Positions 63,601-64,000 of a stretch of 64,000 nucleotides of DNA are shown piece after piece. This DNA is from an uncultured virus (IMG/VR IMGVR_UViG_2786546710_000002) (taxonomy: Duplodnaviria; Heunggongvirae; Uroviricota; Caudoviricetes), in IMG/VR virus record IMGVR_UViG_2786546710_000002; one strand, 5' to 3'. Positions within the stretch are counted from its first letter, which is position 1; every line of letters begins with the position of its first letter. A program made the translations under genes and the position numbers. The notes below the pieces were generated by a model, which saw only the letters and a list, made by a program, of their open reading frames with translations, ran no database searches and had not been told where the DNA came from.

Positions 63601-63681
63601 AGTGTCCCTACAACTTCAGCGTTCTCTCCTCTTATTTCAACTGCTTCATTTTTCTTTTTAGTTACAGCACCATTCTCATCT
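54606..63681 (-). CDS. Giant polyvalent ejection protein, C-terminal ~3,020 aa (allele B)
   Basis: HEIGH...EFFA (60996-61010), HEVGH...EEWF (58857-58871), ART-like YYHGT...GLFGKGVYLT...GY.G...IVIFD (~57420-58295), C-terminal FQLKSFP region with hydrophobic helices. Confidence 0.88.
57866..63681. repeat. Direct repeat copy B (allele B)
   Basis: Matches 1-5816; similarity ends abruptly after ...CACCATTCTCATCT (5816/63681). Confidence 0.97.
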
Positions 63682-64000
63682 GTAATTGTCAATGTTATAT
63701 TACCTGTTGTAGTATCTTTAACCCAATACAATGTTGATCCTTCAACATCTGCTGTACCACTTGTAGCACAGGTTGTTGTTTCACTATCGCAAGAAACACC
63801 AAACATATTATCAACTAACTGTTTTGATAAGTTAGCATATATTCTACTCTCAACATTCTTAACGAACTTGGCGATTGTAGTATTGTTTAATTCACGCTTC
63901 GCTGCTGAAGCAGCAGATTTAGCGTCATCTTCAGCATCTTTTTTTCTTTGATGTTGTAATTGATCTACACTTAGAACATGGGTACCATACCCATTACCAC
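63682..64000 (-). CDS. csgF: CsgF-like (curli assembly) gene fragment, foreign to this phage, joined in frame
   Basis: Open to the window edge: GNGYGTHVLSVDQLQ...TTIAKFVKNVESRIYANLSKQLVDNMFG...GNITLTITDENG; by eye follows the CsgF pattern (GGNPNNGAFLLNSAQAQ, ALDNFTQAIQSQI, GQLQLNVTD). Confidence 0.72.

Noticed and set aside
57866..63681. A true direct terminal repeat or gene duplication
   Set aside because: It falls mid-gene, the copies are diverged alleles, and the likely physical end is near 31.8 kb
54606..63681. Virion RNA polymerase (N4- or crAss-like) within the giant protein
   Set aside because: I found no DxDGD or other RNAP catalytic motif in the translated part; not excluded without a structure search
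63682..63806. ORF-track start MFGVSCDSET... as the N-terminus of the 3066-aa protein
   Set aside because: It lies in the foreign CsgF-like segment; copy A shows the native gene continuing to ATG 8923

Overview
The window holds one complete, circularly permuted genome of an AT-rich podovirus-like dsDNA phage, probably marine with an alphaproteobacterial host (inference). The unit length is 57,865 bp. Positions 1-5816 recur at 57866-63681 as a non-identical second allele, and the last ~320 bp are foreign: a CsgF-like gene fragment joined in frame, most likely a chimeric join. Layout: (i) a minus-strand morphogenesis arm from 31717 through position 1 and on to 54157, with TerS, tiny basic proteins, TerL, portal, RCC1 tail fibre, scaffold, major capsid, adaptor, nozzle, a GNAT, several ejection proteins and a ~4,060-aa polyvalent protein with two HExxH peptidase motifs and an ADP-ribosyltransferase-like domain; (ii) a plus-strand early arm (32.1-42.8 kb) with many small ORFs, a CobS/CobT-like AAA+/vWA pair and a tyrosine recombinase; (iii) a divergent replication/recombination region with a PrimPol-helicase, resolvase, Sak4-like ATPase, SSB, Cas4-like nuclease and dNMP kinase, followed by holin and lysozyme. 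I recognised no DNA polymerase, RNA polymerase, tRNA or CRISPR array. The most notable non-annotated signals are a recurring GGACGA-N19/20-(-10 box) late-promoter motif, a thrice-repeated YNCG-tetraloop hairpin ahead of the scaffold and capsid genes, strong avoidance of GANTC/GCWGC/CCWGG, and a GNAT placed in front of MCGGG-starting ejection proteins. All functional calls come from motif recognition by eye, not from database searches.
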